This document shows positions 13,126-27,289 of a DNA stretch of 64,000 nt, one piece after another. The DNA is from Stegostoma tigrinum (Eukaryota): positions 42,406,381 through 42,470,380 of the forward strand of contig NC_081379.1 in the NCBI RefSeq assembly GCF_030684315.1, written 5' to 3'. Every line of letters begins with the position of its first letter. The stretch's first letter is position 1. The notes under the pieces are model-generated. The model had not been told where the DNA came from. It made no database searches and was given only the letters and a program-made list of their open reading frames with translations. A program made the position numbers and the translations under genes.

Positions 13126-13739
13126 CCAGGACAGCTTACTACATTCTATTATCTTACAAACATGAAGAATGCCGGAGAAGCTCAGCAGATTAATGTTACA
13201 GGCCCAGTACGACTCTTCTTCAGAACTTCAGTCATATATTAACTCCATTAACTCCAAACATTAACTGTATTTCTCTCTTCACAGATGTCATCAGACCTGC
13301 TGAGTTTCTCCAGCTTTTTTTTTATTTGTTTCAGATTTCCACATCAGCTGAAATTTGCCCTTCTTTGATTGTGGTCTTGGATTTTTTCCCAATTTATAAT
13401 GAAATCTTGATATTGGCCCTGTCCTGAGGTGACTGTGTTCTGGAGAATTCAGGTTTACATTTGTTACAGGAAATCAGAAGAATCATATAACTTCTTTGTT
13501 CTTTTGAGGTTAGCTTTTGACATATTTTAATAGAGTTTGATAATTAATGGTCATTACTCTCATTAAAGAATAATATTTCACAAATGTATATTAATCCAGT
13601 CATTGGCTTACTATTTGAGAGCATTAGTATGTTGCAATATGTTTCTGAGATTGAGCAACTACCCTCCCAAAAATATTCAAAAATACTATCACTTCTTCTA
13701 CTCCTCTCAATATAATTCTTCTTATTCTTGATCTGTTTG

Positions 13740-14245
13740 TACTCCTCAAATGCATCATTTTACACTTCTCTGGATTGAATGTCATTTGTCAGTTTTTCAC
13801 CCACTCAAACTAAATAATTGATAATATTCAGTCAAAAGCTGATCACACAATTATTTTTTGTGTTATCTGAAAACTTCCCAATTATGGCTTTCACATTTAA
13901 GTTCAGATCATTAATATGTCCAACACAGCAAGAGACAAAACACCAAGTCCTGTGGAACACCCGTCAAAACTGCTTCTGATTTGCAACAACGTTTATTGAC
14001 CATTATCCTTGTTTTTCTGTCACTGAGCCTGTTTAAATCCAACTTGCCTGTCGCATTCCACTGTATCCCCTGGGCTTTTACCTTTTTGACCAGCCTGCCA
14101 TGTGTGACTGTCCAATGCTTCCCTAAAATCTCTGTAAATAACATCCAATGCACTGCCCTCAACAATCGTCCTTGTACCTTTCTCAAAAAATTCAATTATG
14201 TTGGTGAGACATGACCTTCCTTTAACAAATCTGTGCCAACAATCC
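13740..14245 (-). mobile_element. CR1-group LINE RT fragment
   Basis: Minus-strand FVKGRSCLTNIIEFF, ALDVIYRDF and GVPQ RT motifs. Confidence 0.8.
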
Positions 14246-14609
14246 CTCACATGTCTATGCCTTTCTAAGATAACAAAGTGTGAAGCTGGATGAACACAGC
14301 AGGCCCAGCAGCATCTCAGGACCACAAAAGCTGACGTTTCGGGCCTAGACCCTTCATCAGAGAGCTCTCTGCACAATACTGCACAAATGTTTAAATTGCA
14401 TTCTTTGACTTTCGAATTCTCAAATCTTCCTGATGAAATCACAGCTTACTTACTGAATCCCAGCCCTTTTAAATCTTTCATTTTTCCTGACATTTTTTGT
14501 TCTGCTAGACTTTTTCACTACATTCCTTCCCTTTGCAGCTTTCCTGATTCTGCAGCCCAGGTCTGAATTTCTCTTGTGAACCTTTCACAGTTCCTAATGA
14601 TTTTTACAC

Positions 14610-14940
14610 AAATATTCATTGGTAATGGGCATCACTGGCCAGGCCTGTATTTATTGGCCCTCCCCAATTGTTTGGGGAGCAGTTAAGAGTCAACCACATT
14701 GTTGTGGGTCTGGAGTGACGTGTAGGCCAGGCCAGGTAATCCTTCCCAAAATGAACCAGATGAGTTTTATGAGCAAACATCAGTGGATTCATGGTCATCA
14801 TTAGAGTTTTAAATCCAGACTTTATTTTTAATTGAATTCACATTCTGCGATTGGCGAAGGTGGGACTTGAACCCAGATCTCAGAACATTAGCTGGATCTC
14901 TAGATTAACTGTCCAGCAATAGTATCACTGAGGCTGTCAC
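14610..14940 (-). mobile_element. Deu-type tRNA SINE (SacSINE1-like)
   Basis: Reverse complement of the family seen at 15888-16190 (acctggcctggcctacacgtcactccagacccaca...). Confidence 0.65.
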
Positions 14941-15887
14941 TTCTCCTTGAAGGCTCTGCATTGTGGAGCCTAAAGCTGATGGTAGTGATACTCAGTGTGA
15001 GAGATGAGAACTCTCTTTTACGTTACCTTCCTGGTATCAGTGCCATTTTCCCTGAAGTTATTTTCTTTCCCCTTCGGAGTTCCTTCCTCAACACCCTGGC
15101 TCATTCCTCTACCACCCAACCAGCTCATCTTTGTTTCCACAGCATCTATCTACGCAAGTACAGACAGTGTATCACTTCTCTTTTTACATTCTCACTGTCC
15201 GAGGCCCAAACATTCCTTTATCGTGAAGTAGCGACTTACATTTACTTCTTGCTATTTGGTACACTGTATTCGCTGCTCACAAGATCCTACATGGTTTGGC
15301 TGACTGCTTTGCTGAACACTTCCTTTCCATCCGCAAGCACAACATAAGCTTACCATTTTAATTCATCAGCTTGCTCTCACACTCATCGCTGTGTCCTCAG
15401 CCTGCAGCAGTGTTCAAGTGTAAGTTTGGAGAACAACACTTCATCTTCATATTAGGATCTTACGGCCTTCTGGATTCAACACTGAACACAACAATTTCTA
15501 AGCGTGAAATCTATCCTCCGTTTCAATTATTTTTTGCCAAATCCCAGATTGTAGTGTTTTTTCACTATCATAGAGAACTGTATATTATTCTGCTGTTAAT
15601 GTCCAGTCTTTGTTCCTCTACTATACCCTTTACCATCCTCTTTTCCTTTGATTCTATGACATCTTTTTTTTCACTATTTATTCATATCATGTGGGCATCA
15701 TTGACTTGGCCAGCATTTATTGCCTATCCCTAATTGCCCTGGAACAGAATGATTTGCCTGACCATTCAGAGGACAGTTGAAAGCCCATCACATTGCTTGT
15801 CACATGTAGGCCAGGCCAGGTCAGGACTGCAGATTTTCCTCCTGATAGATATTGGTGAACCCGATGTTATTTCACCTTAGGGATAGA

Positions 15888-16190
15888 TGATGGCCTAGTG
15901 GTATTATCTCTGGACTGTTAATCTAGAGACTCCTATAATGTTCTGGGGACCTGCGTTCGAATCCTGCCATGGCAGATGGTGAAATTTGAACTCAATAAAG
16001 ATCTAGAATCTAATGATGACCATGAATCAATTGTCAGGAAAAACCCACCTGGTTCACTAACGCCATTCTTACCTGGTCTGGCCTACATCTGACTCCAGAC
16101 TCACAGCAATGTTGTTGACCCTTAGCAATTAGGGATGGGCAATAAATGTTGCCTAGCCAGCGACACTATCGTCAACATGAATGAATAGCA
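15888..16190 (+). mobile_element. Deu-type tRNA SINE (SacSINE1-like)
   Basis: A-box tggcctagtgg, B-box gttcgaatcc, core cttacctggtctggcctacatctgactccagac, tail aattagggatgggcaataaatg. Confidence 0.7.
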
Positions 16191-17479
16191 AAAATTGACA
16201 GCTGACTGTTTTGACTTACAGGTTTATTGAATTCAAACTTCACTATCTGCCATAGTGGGAATTTAAAAATTTGATTTGATTGATTTGATTTGATCTATTA
16301 TTGTCACATGTACCTAAGTACAGTGAAAACTTTGGTTTAGCGTGCACAACAGGCAGATCGTAACATACAACGTACATTGGGGTAGTACAGCAGAGTGAAA
16401 AGTATTATGTTACAGATGCAGAGAAGGTGCACAAACATTGAAATCAGCAATAAATTTGAAATTTGAGAGTCCCTTCAGAAGTCTCCTAACAGCGGGAAAA
16501 AAACTGCTCTTGGCACACGCATTTAAACTTTTGCCCAATGGAAGAGATTATAACCAGCCGTCTGAAGTATGGATGGAATCAACGGATGGAAAGTTACCTG
16601 GTGTGATGGACTGGCTGTATTGACAACTCTTTGTTGTTCTTACCCTCCTGGGCAGAGCAGTTGCCATACCAAGCCATGATTCACGCAGATAGAATGCTTT
16701 CTATGGTTCACCTATAAAGATTTGAACCCATGTCCGCAGAAAATTAACCTGGAGCTTCTGAAATACTACTCCACCGGCATAATTTTAATTCCTTTTTGCT
16801 CTGCCTCTGCATCCCTCGATTTGATTTTAAATGCATTACATTTCTACCTCCCTCCAGTTTCTGAAGAAAAGTTATAAACAGATTTAAACATTAACTATGT
16901 CTCCTTCACAAATATTGCCAGACCACCTGAGTTTTTCCAGTGCTTTCTGTTTATAATTTGGATTTCAAGCATTGCAGTAACATTTTTTTAAATTTTGGAT
17001 CGTGGTGGTGTTGCCCTGGTAGCTTCTTGTTGTACTTGGACCTTCCACTAGGTGGTAGTGTACAGTTACAGTGACTTGTATAATTACTGACTGATCTTTA
17101 AATTTAGAAAATTAGGGGTTGAATATTTCTGGGACAGCTTGGATGAAACGTGACATGAATCAGAAGTGAGTTTAGCTTTTTGTAGTGCAGTTCAGGGAAA
17201 ACCCACAGTCACCTCAGTAAAAGAAAAAAAATGTTTGTGAGGTTTATTTGCAATGAAAGTGTTTAAACTTGGTTAAAGTGTGCTTATTGCATACAATAAA
17301 ATTAATGTTTGAGGCAGCTAAGAGTGCAAATACTCAAATGACATGTGTGATCTTCAGATTGTATCTCTGTAGTGTCTGATTTGCACTCTTTTGTATTGTA
17401 CCTTTAGATAACTTACAAATAAAGCATATTTTGGAGAGAAAAATAATGTACACTTTAGAAAGACAAGAATAAGAAAACC

Positions 17480-17702
17480 TTCTAACTGATTAAAGATTTA
17501 GCAGCATAATATATCCTGATCAGTGGTGTGACCCTTTGATTTTTACTTATAAATCTGAGTCTGATATTACCTCTCTCACTAACACCTGTAGGAGAGAGAC
17601 TCTGAAAGCCTGTGCTTTCAAATAAACCTACTGGGCTATAACCTGGTCTTGTGTGATTTCTGACCTTGTCCACCCCAGTCCAACAGTGGCACCTCCACAT
17701 CA
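17480..17702 (+). mobile_element. pLTR of a second Penelope-like family (degenerate hammerhead)
   Basis: cctgtagga...ctctgaaagc...aaataaacct...ctataacctgg...ccaccccagtccaaca terminal pattern. Confidence 0.5.
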
Positions 17703-18279
17703 AGAAAATCCCAGTTTCAGGTTACACAGGAAAAATGTGTAGCTTATAAAAATTCACTTTTAAAAAATTTCAAAAACATACCTCATTCATTAAAATATCT
17801 TTGTGGGTATACACCTTGTCACAAGTGCAGATCGATTCTGTATGGTTGCATATCAAATAAACAAAACAAAAACATTAGACTTTGACTTTATCCAACTCTC
17901 TTATATATATAGTACCAATATTTACATAAATTTGAGACACTGGGAGAGTCCAATAACTGAAAAGGCCCCCATTTACCATTAGCAGGAAGACCTTGATCCT
18001 TCCCCATGGCTGCTCAAAAGGGGTTGACCTCAACTGAGTGTTGCAGAGTGGGCAGTTGAGCTGTTTAATTTCTTTTTGTCAGTAGAGACAAGGATGAGCG
18101 TGGTGCATTGCAACCATTTTTTCCTCATACCAGTCCGTGTGACTGGCAATGCCCTGAATAATTTTTCCGTTATTTTAAAATGTGGAGTAATTGTTAGGAG
18201 TTAGCAAATACGCAATTGAAGAATTAAGCTCACTTGAGGTGATTCATCAGCTGTATTTACTGAGTTTCTTCAAGGTGGA

Positions 18280-18890
18280 GTTGTTGGTAAACAGGATGGT
18301 GAAGAAGGCATTTGAAATGCTTGCCTTCATTGTTCAGTGAATTGTGTATAGAAGTTGGGAAGTTGCAGCTGTACAGAACATTGGTTAGGTCACATTTGGA
18401 ATATTGCATTCAATTCTAGCCTCCCTGCTAGAGGAAAGATGGCATGAAACTTGAAAGAGTTCAGAAAAGATTTACAACATTGTTGCCAGGTATGGAGGGT
18501 TTGAGCTATAGGGAGAGGCTGAACCGGGGCTACTGAGGCTATTTTCCCTGGAATTTCGGAGGCTGAGGGGTGACTTCATAAAATCATGCAGGGCACGGAT
18601 ATGATGAATAGCCAAGATATTTTCGCCAGGTTAGGGAAGTCCCAAACTAGAAGACAAGGATTTAAGGTGAGAGGGGAAAGATTTAAAAGGGGCCTAAGGG
18701 GCAACTTTTTCACACAAAGGGCAGTGGGTGAATGGAATGAGCTTCCAGAGGAGGTTGTGGAGGCTGGTACAATTACAAGGCATCTGGATGAGTACATAAA
18801 TAGGAAGGGTTTTGAGGGATATGGGCCAAATGCATAGATGAGTTGGATTGAAGGGTCTGTGACCATGCTGTACAGCTCCATGACTCTATC
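18280..18890 (+). mobile_element. CR1-group LINE 3' fragment
   Basis: FKVRGERFKRGLRGNFFTQRAVGEWNELPEEVVEAG. Confidence 0.85.
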
Positions 18891-19621
18891 ACGCATATTA
18901 ATAAAGAGGTTTATGGGTGCCATTAACAGGTGTAAAGTGAACTTTGTGTTTGCAGGATTCGTGAGAATTTGATGAAGAGCGGCATACACATACATCTTGA
19001 TTTTGTTGTTAGACAAGATAGTGCATGGGGAAATCTGTTCGAAACATCCAGTGTTATGAATTGTTCTGAGATTTGAAGAGGAATGAATGAAATTAATCAA
19101 ATAACAAAGAAACCTGTCTCACCACAGACTGTCCACCATCAACAAGGCACAAGTCAGAATTGTGATAGAATGCTCCCCATTTGGCTGATTGAGCACAGGG
19201 CCAATAACGCACAAGAAGTTGATACCATCCACGACAAACACCCCACTTAATTGTCAACACATCCACTAGCATTTAAACTTTTCACCACGGTGCATTAGCT
19301 GCATGTGCCATCTACAAGATTCACTACAGCAGCTCGTCATGTTTCCTTCAACAGCACTTTCCAGACCCACAGCCTCTACCACTTTGAAGGACAAGCACAG
19401 GGAGTAGGGAGCACCAGCAGCATGTTCCCCTCCCCACCATCCCTCACTATACCTTGGCCAAAATTCCAGAATGTCCTGTCAATTTGGATCTAAACCAGTC
19501 AGTGAGACAGAAACCAACACTGCTTTCTTTCTAGATAGAGTTTAATAATAATTCATTTTCAACAGTAATAGAAGCAACTCCTTCTGCACATCAGCCTCAT
19601 CTGTTTACCCTGTATAGCTAC

Positions 19622-21072
19622 AGTTATGGATCAGGCCAAAACCCCTCAAAATGTGTTAAGAAGATAGCCTAGACCCTCACTATTTCTTATTTTAAAGATT
19701 AGTGTAAGTTGTTGCAATCCAGATGCAATTTGATTGGTCAATGTTTGATTTTACACTACAGTTAAAATACAGGCAAAATAAAAGTTAAAGAAAAAAATGA
19801 CTTAAATGTACATCCGATAAACGGTTCCTTGGCAAAGGCAAATTGAGCAAAGTAGATTGTCTCACATGCAATTTTAGTAGCAGGAAGAGATCCCTAGCTT
19901 TTAGCTGTATCAGAGCGAGGAATAACATCAACTTGAAGGCCACAGCAACTGCAGAAAACTAAAACTAAAAATCCTGGTTCTGCGGGTGCTCGATCCTACC
20001 CATTCAGCCTGCCTCTATTGTTTCAACTTTTTAAAAAACCCAAGGTCTCACAAGCTGTTTACTTTATTGGCTTTGAGCTGACTGCTTGGGACCTCTGTTT
20101 TAACCTTTCCTCATTAAGAAAGGGCAAAATACATCTATTAAAGCCATGGTATAATCACAGCTCTCTGTTATAAAAAATGAACCATCAATATAGAAAGATG
20201 ACTTCATTTTCAAAAACCTTTAGACCTACACTGTTGGTACACTATAATACATATACATTACATTGACCCTAAGCTTGCAAATGTTCACTATTGAGGTCCA
20301 TTTCAGTCCAATTTTCCTGCCACTGAGCACTGCCATTTTCATTCATCAAAGTCGTGATAACACATCAGCAATTACATTCTCCCATCCTGCCACATGTATG
20401 ATTTTGAAATGAATAGCTGCAATAATAAACTCCACATAAATGGTCCATATAAAATTTTATCCTTAGATTTTTCCAAAAACTTTAATGAGTTATGATCAGT
20501 ATATACAATTGTCTCAGACACAGTAGTGGCAATAGAAATGTTAACATGTTGCAACACCAACACTAAACTCAAGGTCACTTCCTAATTATGGAATATTTCT
20601 ATTGATAATTATTCAATTTTCTGGAAAAGTACGCAAGTTGGTATGAATTTCTGATAAGTTCCAGGAATCATAGTACTTCCCTCTTTGTTGATGGTATGGG
20701 AAACTCCCCAATAACCTTTGTTTTTTACATCCCATGGAGCCATTTGCCTTTATCCAATGACATGGTCCAGGAACATGAATTGGTCTTTTGTGAATTCACT
20801 CCTAGTGGGTTTATCACCAAGCCTACCTCCTGAAGTTGATCAAAGATTCTAATCGATGCCTCAAATGTTCCTTCCAAATTTGACAAAAGAGCAGGAGATT
20901 GTTGATGTACACTACATAATTGAGTAATCCCAAAATGACTTTATTGGTTAACCTTTGAAGTGTGGGTGGCGCATTTTTCATTTCAAATAGCATGACTTTA
21001 AACTGGTACAGTCCATTCAGTGTCACGAAAGCCAAAATTTCCTTTGCTGTTTTGGATAAAGGTACCTGATGG
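19622..21072 (-). mobile_element. Ty3/gypsy relic: RT-RNase H plus LTR-like 3' region
   Basis: Minus-strand AFVTLNGLYQFKVMLFEMKNAPPTLQRL...VYINNLL (RT) and VYTDHNSLKFL (RNase H). LTR-like sequence at ~19625-20160. Confidence 0.8.
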
Positions 21073-22290
21073 TACAGAGTTTCTGTTATAATGCAATAGA
21101 TGTGTTCCTGTGAAACAATGAGTTACAGCAAATTATGCTATAGAAACAATGAGACCTGTGGGAAAAGATAGGTTAGGGACATACCAACAAAAAAAACTCA
21201 AAATAACTCAAAAATCACTCCAAAGCTTAACACAAAGGATAGCATGGTTTTAAAAACTTTTAATCCACATGTTGTAATGAAATAACAGCAAATTTATCAT
21301 CTTAGCTTGAAAAATGGTCAAGATGATTTGATGGAAGAGGACATTTTGAGGTTGCTCTGTTGTTAATGCAGGGGCTGAGAGTTATTTTCATCATCATCAT
21401 CACCTTCAGGTGTAGTTTTGTTTGCTAGGTTAGGGTGAACGCTTCATCCAAACCGCACACAAGCAGTTCTGACTGACATCACCCAGGCCTCCACGATAAT
21501 GTCAATTGCTTTCTTGATGTTAAAGTTCTTCCAAAATTGAAGAACACTGTCCTTATCCCCTTCAGTGGCTGCAATCAGCACCTTAAATGTGAGCCTTAAA
21601 TAATAAGCTTCAAAAGCTGCTATTACACCCTGGTCCGTTGGTTGAGGGAGAGCGGTTGTGTTTGGGGGTAGAAATAGCACTTCAAAGTTTTCAGAAATCT
21701 CACCTTGTAGCCTGAGGATGGCTTGGCACATTATCCAGAATGAGGAGAATCTTGAAATCCACATTTTTTTCCTGCAATAGTTTCTAAAACCTTCCAAAAC
21801 ATCAACAATGAGGTTAGAAAAGATTTGCCCTGTCATCCAACCTCTTTTGCTTGACCTAAAGTTGGTGTCTAGAGTAGACTTCAGGCAACCTTACAAGGCT
21901 CACGGGTTGGCAGAGTGGTACACCATCAAAGGGTTAAACTTTAAGTCTCCGCTGGCATTAGTGCCCAGCAACACAGTCATACAATCCTTTGCCACCTTAA
22001 AGCCTGGAGCATGTGTTTCATTCATAGAAATGCAGTTTTTGGCTGGCAGGTGTAAACCTGTCTCATGCAAATTGAAAATTTGATCTAAGTTGTAGCCATT
22101 TTTGTCCATTTTTTTTTTACTATGGTAGGAAATGCCATCACATACTCCTTGCCTGCAGTAGCAGTTTCATTACATAACTCTACTCTATGAAATGCACAGT
22201 GGTTCTTAAAACCAGCAAACCAGCCACTGCTAGCTCAAAAGACAGGCACATCTGCAGAACTTTTGCTTGCTTAGCTAGAAAGTGCCAGAT
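21073..22290 (-). mobile_element. Tigger/pogo-type DNA transposon fragment (DDE transposase)
   Basis: IFNLHETGL, MTVLLGTNASGDLK, FLPPNTTALPQPTDQGVIAAFEAYY. One TIR-like end at TA-cag (21073); the other end is truncated. Confidence 0.85.
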
Positions 22291-24310
22291 CTCTTTAAAG
22301 AATTTACTTGCATGGGTAAGGTTTACTCATGAATACCAGGAGGATTAGGTAAAGGAATGAAGCCTTTAAGAGATATGGGAGCAAGTGAGTCTTTGATGGT
22401 GAGAGATGAGGAGATAATGTAATTCAGAAGGAGAATTGACAGAAAAAAGAGATACTATGTGGAATGCATGGTGAGAATAGCAGTATTCCATTATATACAT
22501 TTTAAAAAAGTGAGGTTGGAGAGTCTGGTGAAACGTGTTGAAGTGGTGGTGGGAGTAACAGAGAAATTTTCAGTTCCAGGAATATGGATTATCTTTGGTA
22601 AGAATATAGCTGGAGTGATGCCTACTGTGGTTAAAAAGCCAATGGAAAATCAGGCAACTAGGGTTTTACAGGAAGTATATCCTGGGATTTTTCCTGACTG
22701 TATGGCAGCAAAGTCACAAAACCATAGATAGACACTGGAGGAGAAATTGAAGAAATTAAAGAAGGCGAAGTTCAGTAATCAGAAACTATGCTTCATGAAA
22801 TGGTTGACAAAAAAAAACAACAGGTTGCAAAGTAGACATTTTCAGTTCAGAGAAATTATCTGAATTACAACAGATAGATGAAAAATTAAAACAATTATAT
22901 CAAAAAGCATACACAGAAGAATCTAGGTGTATCCCAGAATGTTACTATTTTAAAACTGAAGTCTTGATGAAGAACAGGAGACCATCATATACTCAGGCAG
23001 GAGACAAATGGTCAGAAATCATTTGGGAGTAAGGAAAACACAAGCCAAAATACAAAAACATTTTCATCGGCCTGGACTGTGTAAGGATGTAGTTGACTTT
23101 TGCTGGACATTTCATACGTGTCGGGTTATTGGAAAATCTCAGGCGGTGATAAAACTAACACACTTGATAACCATTCGTGCATTTCAGGATCCTTCTACAA
23201 GAGTATTAAATGATTGTGCAGAATCCTTAAAACTAGAAGTCGGAGTAAATATCTGTTGACCAGAATGGATGCATCTACTAAATTTCCAGAGGTCATTCCA
23301 TTATAAATATCACAACTAAAAGGTGTGTAGAACAATTACTCAATCTTTTTTTTTACTAGACACAGTCTGCCCACAGAAATACAATTGGATCAAGCATCAA
23401 ATTTTACATCAAAATTATTCAAGGATTTTATGAATATCTTAGGCATAAAACAATTCAAATCTATTGAACATCATCCAGAATTGCAGGGAACATTAGAACA
23501 GTGACATTAAACTTCAAAGACCAAGCTGAGGACACATAGACAAAACTACCCAGAAGATTGGCATAAAAGAATTCCATTTGTACTTTTTCAAATTAAAGAT
23601 GAACCTAATTAATCAACTGAGTTCAGTCCATTTTAATTAGTTTTTGGGCATGAGATGAAAGGACCTCAGAAATGAATTAAGGAGAAATTGGTGACCCAGA
23701 GTTCAGAGACCACATGTTTGGGCTATGTGTCAAATCTTAGGGAAAGATTAAGTAGAGCAGGTGAGTTGACAAAACAGCATTTGAAAGTAGTACAGCATGT
23801 GATAAAATTGAAAGCAGACAGCAATTTTTAAAAAAAATTTATCATTGGTGATAAGGTAGTGATATTACTACTGGCTATATGTGAACCTATAAAGGCAAAG
23901 TTTGGTGGGCCTTATCAAATCAAAAGGATATTGAGTGAGGTGAATTATTTGATAAGAACGCCAGATGGAAAGATGTATCACAGAGTGTGGCATTCTGAAA
24001 TATTCAAAACGTATTTTGCTAGGAGTGGAAAGCGAAAGGAGAGTGGATCACTGGTTACAACACAGTGAAGAACCAAATTCAGAGGATTTTGCATTGGACA
24101 TTCCTAAAATTAAATTGTTCAATGAGGGTGTTCTTAAAAATTAGAACAAATTATTGTTGCCTTCTAGAAGAAAATTGAAATGACCTGAAAGAGTTATTAC
24201 AATCACTTTGGATGATATGTAGGAATAAACTGGGAAGTACTAATCTGATTATGCATGATGTAGGCATAGGAAAGGCTGCTCCAATTAAGCAACATCTTTA
24301 CAGACTTAAA
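22290..24310 (+). mobile_element. Gmr1-type Ty3/gypsy relic (protease - integrase - start of RT)
   Basis: LRDMGAS (protease), NHLGVRKT...CWTFHTC (IN zinc finger), KFGGPYQI, then APIKQHLYRL (RT start): integrase lies upstream of RT. Confidence 0.8.
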
Positions 24311-25785
24311 GATAGTAGGAACTGCAAATGCTGGAGAATCTGAGATAACAAGGTGTGGAGCTGGATGAACACAGCAGGCCAAGCAGCATCAGAGGAGCAG
24401 GAAGGCTGATGTTTTGGTCAGAAGTGGGGGAGGGAAAGGGGGTTCTGAAATAAATAGGGAGAGAGGGGGAGGCAGATGGAAGATGGGTAGAGAAGAAGAT
24501 AGGTGGAGATGAGGCAAACGGGTCAAAGAGGCGGGATAGAGCCAGTAAAGGTTAGTGTAGGAGAGATAATGGGAACTGCAGATGCTGGAAAATCCAAGAT
24601 AATAAAGTGTGAAGCTGGATGAACACAGCAGGCCAAGCAGCATCTCAGGAGCACAAAAGCTGATGTTTCGGGCCTAGACCCTTCATCAGAGCTGTTAGTG
24701 TAGGTAGGGATTTAGGGAGGGGCTAGGCCAGTCCAGGGAGGATGGACAGCTCAAGGGGACAGGATGAACCTGGTAGGTTGGAGATGGGGGTGGAGCTTGA
24801 GGTGAGAGGAGCAGCTAGGTGGGAGGAAGGACAGGTTAATGAGGCAGGTGCGAGCTGAACTAGATTTGGAATGCGGTAGGGGGAGGGGAGATTTTGAAGC
24901 TGGTGAAGTCCACATTGATACAATTGGGCTGCAGGGTTCCCAAGCGAAATATGAATTACTGCTCCTGCAACCTTCGGGTGGCATCATTGTGGCACTGCAG
25001 GCCCAGGATGGACATGTTGTCTAAGGAATGGGAGGGGGAGTTGAAATGGTTCGCCATTGGGAGGTGCAGTTGTTTAACGTGAACTGAGCGTAGGTGTTCT
25101 GCAAAGTGGTCCCAAGCCTCTGCTTGATTTCCCTGATGCACAGGAGGCTACAACGGGAACAGCGGTGCAGGTAAACATCTGCTTGATGTGGAAAGTCTTC
25201 TTGGGGCCTGGGATGGGGGTGAGGGAGGAGGTGTAGGGGCAAGTGTAGCACTTCCTGCAGTTGCAGGGGAAAGTGCCAGGTGTGGTGGGGCTGGAGGAGA
25301 GTGTGGAGAGGATAAGAGAGTCGCAGAGAGAGTGGTCCCTCCGGGAAGCAGAGAAGGGTGGGGAGGTAAAAATGTCTTTGGTGGTGGGGTCAGATTGTGT
25401 CGGAGGATCATGCGTTGAATCCCGAGGTTGGCGAGGTGGTACGTGAAGATGAGAGGGATTCTGTTTTGGTTGTTATTGCAATGAGGGGGTGTGAGGGATG
25501 AGTTGTGGGAGACATGGTCGAGGGCATTCTTGACCACTGAGGGAGGAATTTGCGGTCTTGAAAAACAAGAACATCTGAAATGTACGGGAATGGAATGCCT
25601 CATCCTAGGAGCAGATGTGGTGGATAGTCTAGATATTCTAGACACCTCCTCCCACCCACCTTCCTGCAAGAATGCCATCCCCTATTCCCAATTCCTTTGC
25701 CTCCACTGCATTTGCTCCCAGGATGAGGCATTCCACTCCCGAACAACTCAGATGTCCTCTTTTTTCAAGGACTGCAACCAAATGT
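24310..25785 (-). mobile_element. Penelope-like element 3' part with nested short pLTR and a 5' inversion
   Basis: GIY-YIG remnants (DHFAEHLRSV). Nested pLTR 24562-24693 with 11-bp TSD gttagtgtagg. A + strand RT piece lies at ~25635-25780. Confidence 0.85.
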
Positions 25786-25789
25786 GGTT

Positions 25790-26700
25790 GTTGGATATCT
25801 ATCATCTCAGCTCCAGTCTATCACTACAGGAATTCCTCAGGGTAGTGTTTTGGCCTCTAGAAACTTCATCAGTAACCTTCTTTCCATCACAGGCTGGAAA
25901 TTGGAACAATTGAAAAATTGTTCAGCACTGCTCATGACTGCCTATAACTGAAGCAGTCCAAGTCTACATGTGGTAAGACTTTGGGCAATATCTAGACTTA
26001 AGTGGCAAGTAACATTTGCACCATAGACATGCCAGGCAATGACCAATTTTTAACTAGAGAAAATCTAACCACTGCCCCTTCACATTTGATGGCATGGATA
26101 TTGCTAAACCTTCTACTGTCATCAACCTAGTTTTTACTAGTGAATCATAAAGTGAATTGGACCAACCATATAAATGCTTTGGCTCCAGGAGCTGGATGGA
26201 GTAACTGAGTGCTGCAAGTAACTCCATTCTTTTACCCCCGATGCCTGTCTGCCATCGACAAGGCAGGACTGTGATGGACTACATTTACTTGTATTACAGC
26301 CCCAACAAAAATCAAGAAACATCTCGGACAAAGCAGCCAGCTAGATTGGCAGCCCAAACGCCACCTTCAAATTTCATCCCCTTCACCACTGATGCACATG
26401 GTAGCTCCTTTGACAGCACTTTTCAAACATACAAGCTCTACCACCTGGAAGGACAGGGGCAGCAGATACATAGGAAAACCAGTACCTGCCAGTTTGATTC
26501 CAAGACATGCACCATTTTGATGATATCGCCATTCCTTCACTGTCATTGTGTCAAAATACTGGAAATCCTTTCCTAGCAGCACTATGGGTTTACCTATATT
26601 CGAAGGATTGGAGCAGTGGAAAAAAAGTAGCTCGCTACCACCTTCTCCAGGGCAATAGGGATGGACAATAAATACTGGTCTAGCCAGTGACACATCCTAT
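25790..26700 (+). mobile_element. LINE 3' fragment (CR1/L2 group; tail shared with the Deu-type SINE)
   Basis: Decayed RT C-terminus and 3' tail gggcaatagggatggacaataaatactggtctagccagtg. Related pieces at ~19100-19470 (+), ~41850-42680 (-) and ~43100-43500 (-). Confidence 0.6.
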
Positions 26701-27289
26701 GAATGACTCAAAAAAATTTCAGATTAGAAATCCATCAATTTCAGCACCCTGAAAAAAATTATACTCAAAATCTACACCGAATATCTTATTTCCTAATTGA
26801 GATTGTCAAGGACACATTTTTTTCAATGCACTCATAAGATGTGTCCCAAACATAGACATTCAAAGATTGAATGATGAGTGAAAGATATAGTATTTCTTGG
26901 TTGGGTCTGTCTTGCTGCAACCTTCCTCTATTCAAATATGAGCAGACCCAGTAATGCTGCACTTCTATCATAAAGAGAAACTCCAAAGCACTTTCATGGC
27001 ACATGTCGATGGCGTTTAATGGGAGGATTCTGTGGAATTTGAACAACTTGCTACAGGTAAGATCAAAAAGAAATTTAAAATGTGGAGTCGTGGTTTCAGA
27101 GTCTTTAATAATATAGGCCTTAGAAATTAAACAAAAAAAATGAATCTTGAATCAACAATCATATATCTAGAAAATGTTAGTCATTTCCTAATAGTTCAGG
27201 CTTGGATGTAACAAACTATTTGGGCTATGATTTTCATTCCTATCAACTCTGCACAGGTGGGAGAAAACAATTTTCAACCCTTGGGCAGT

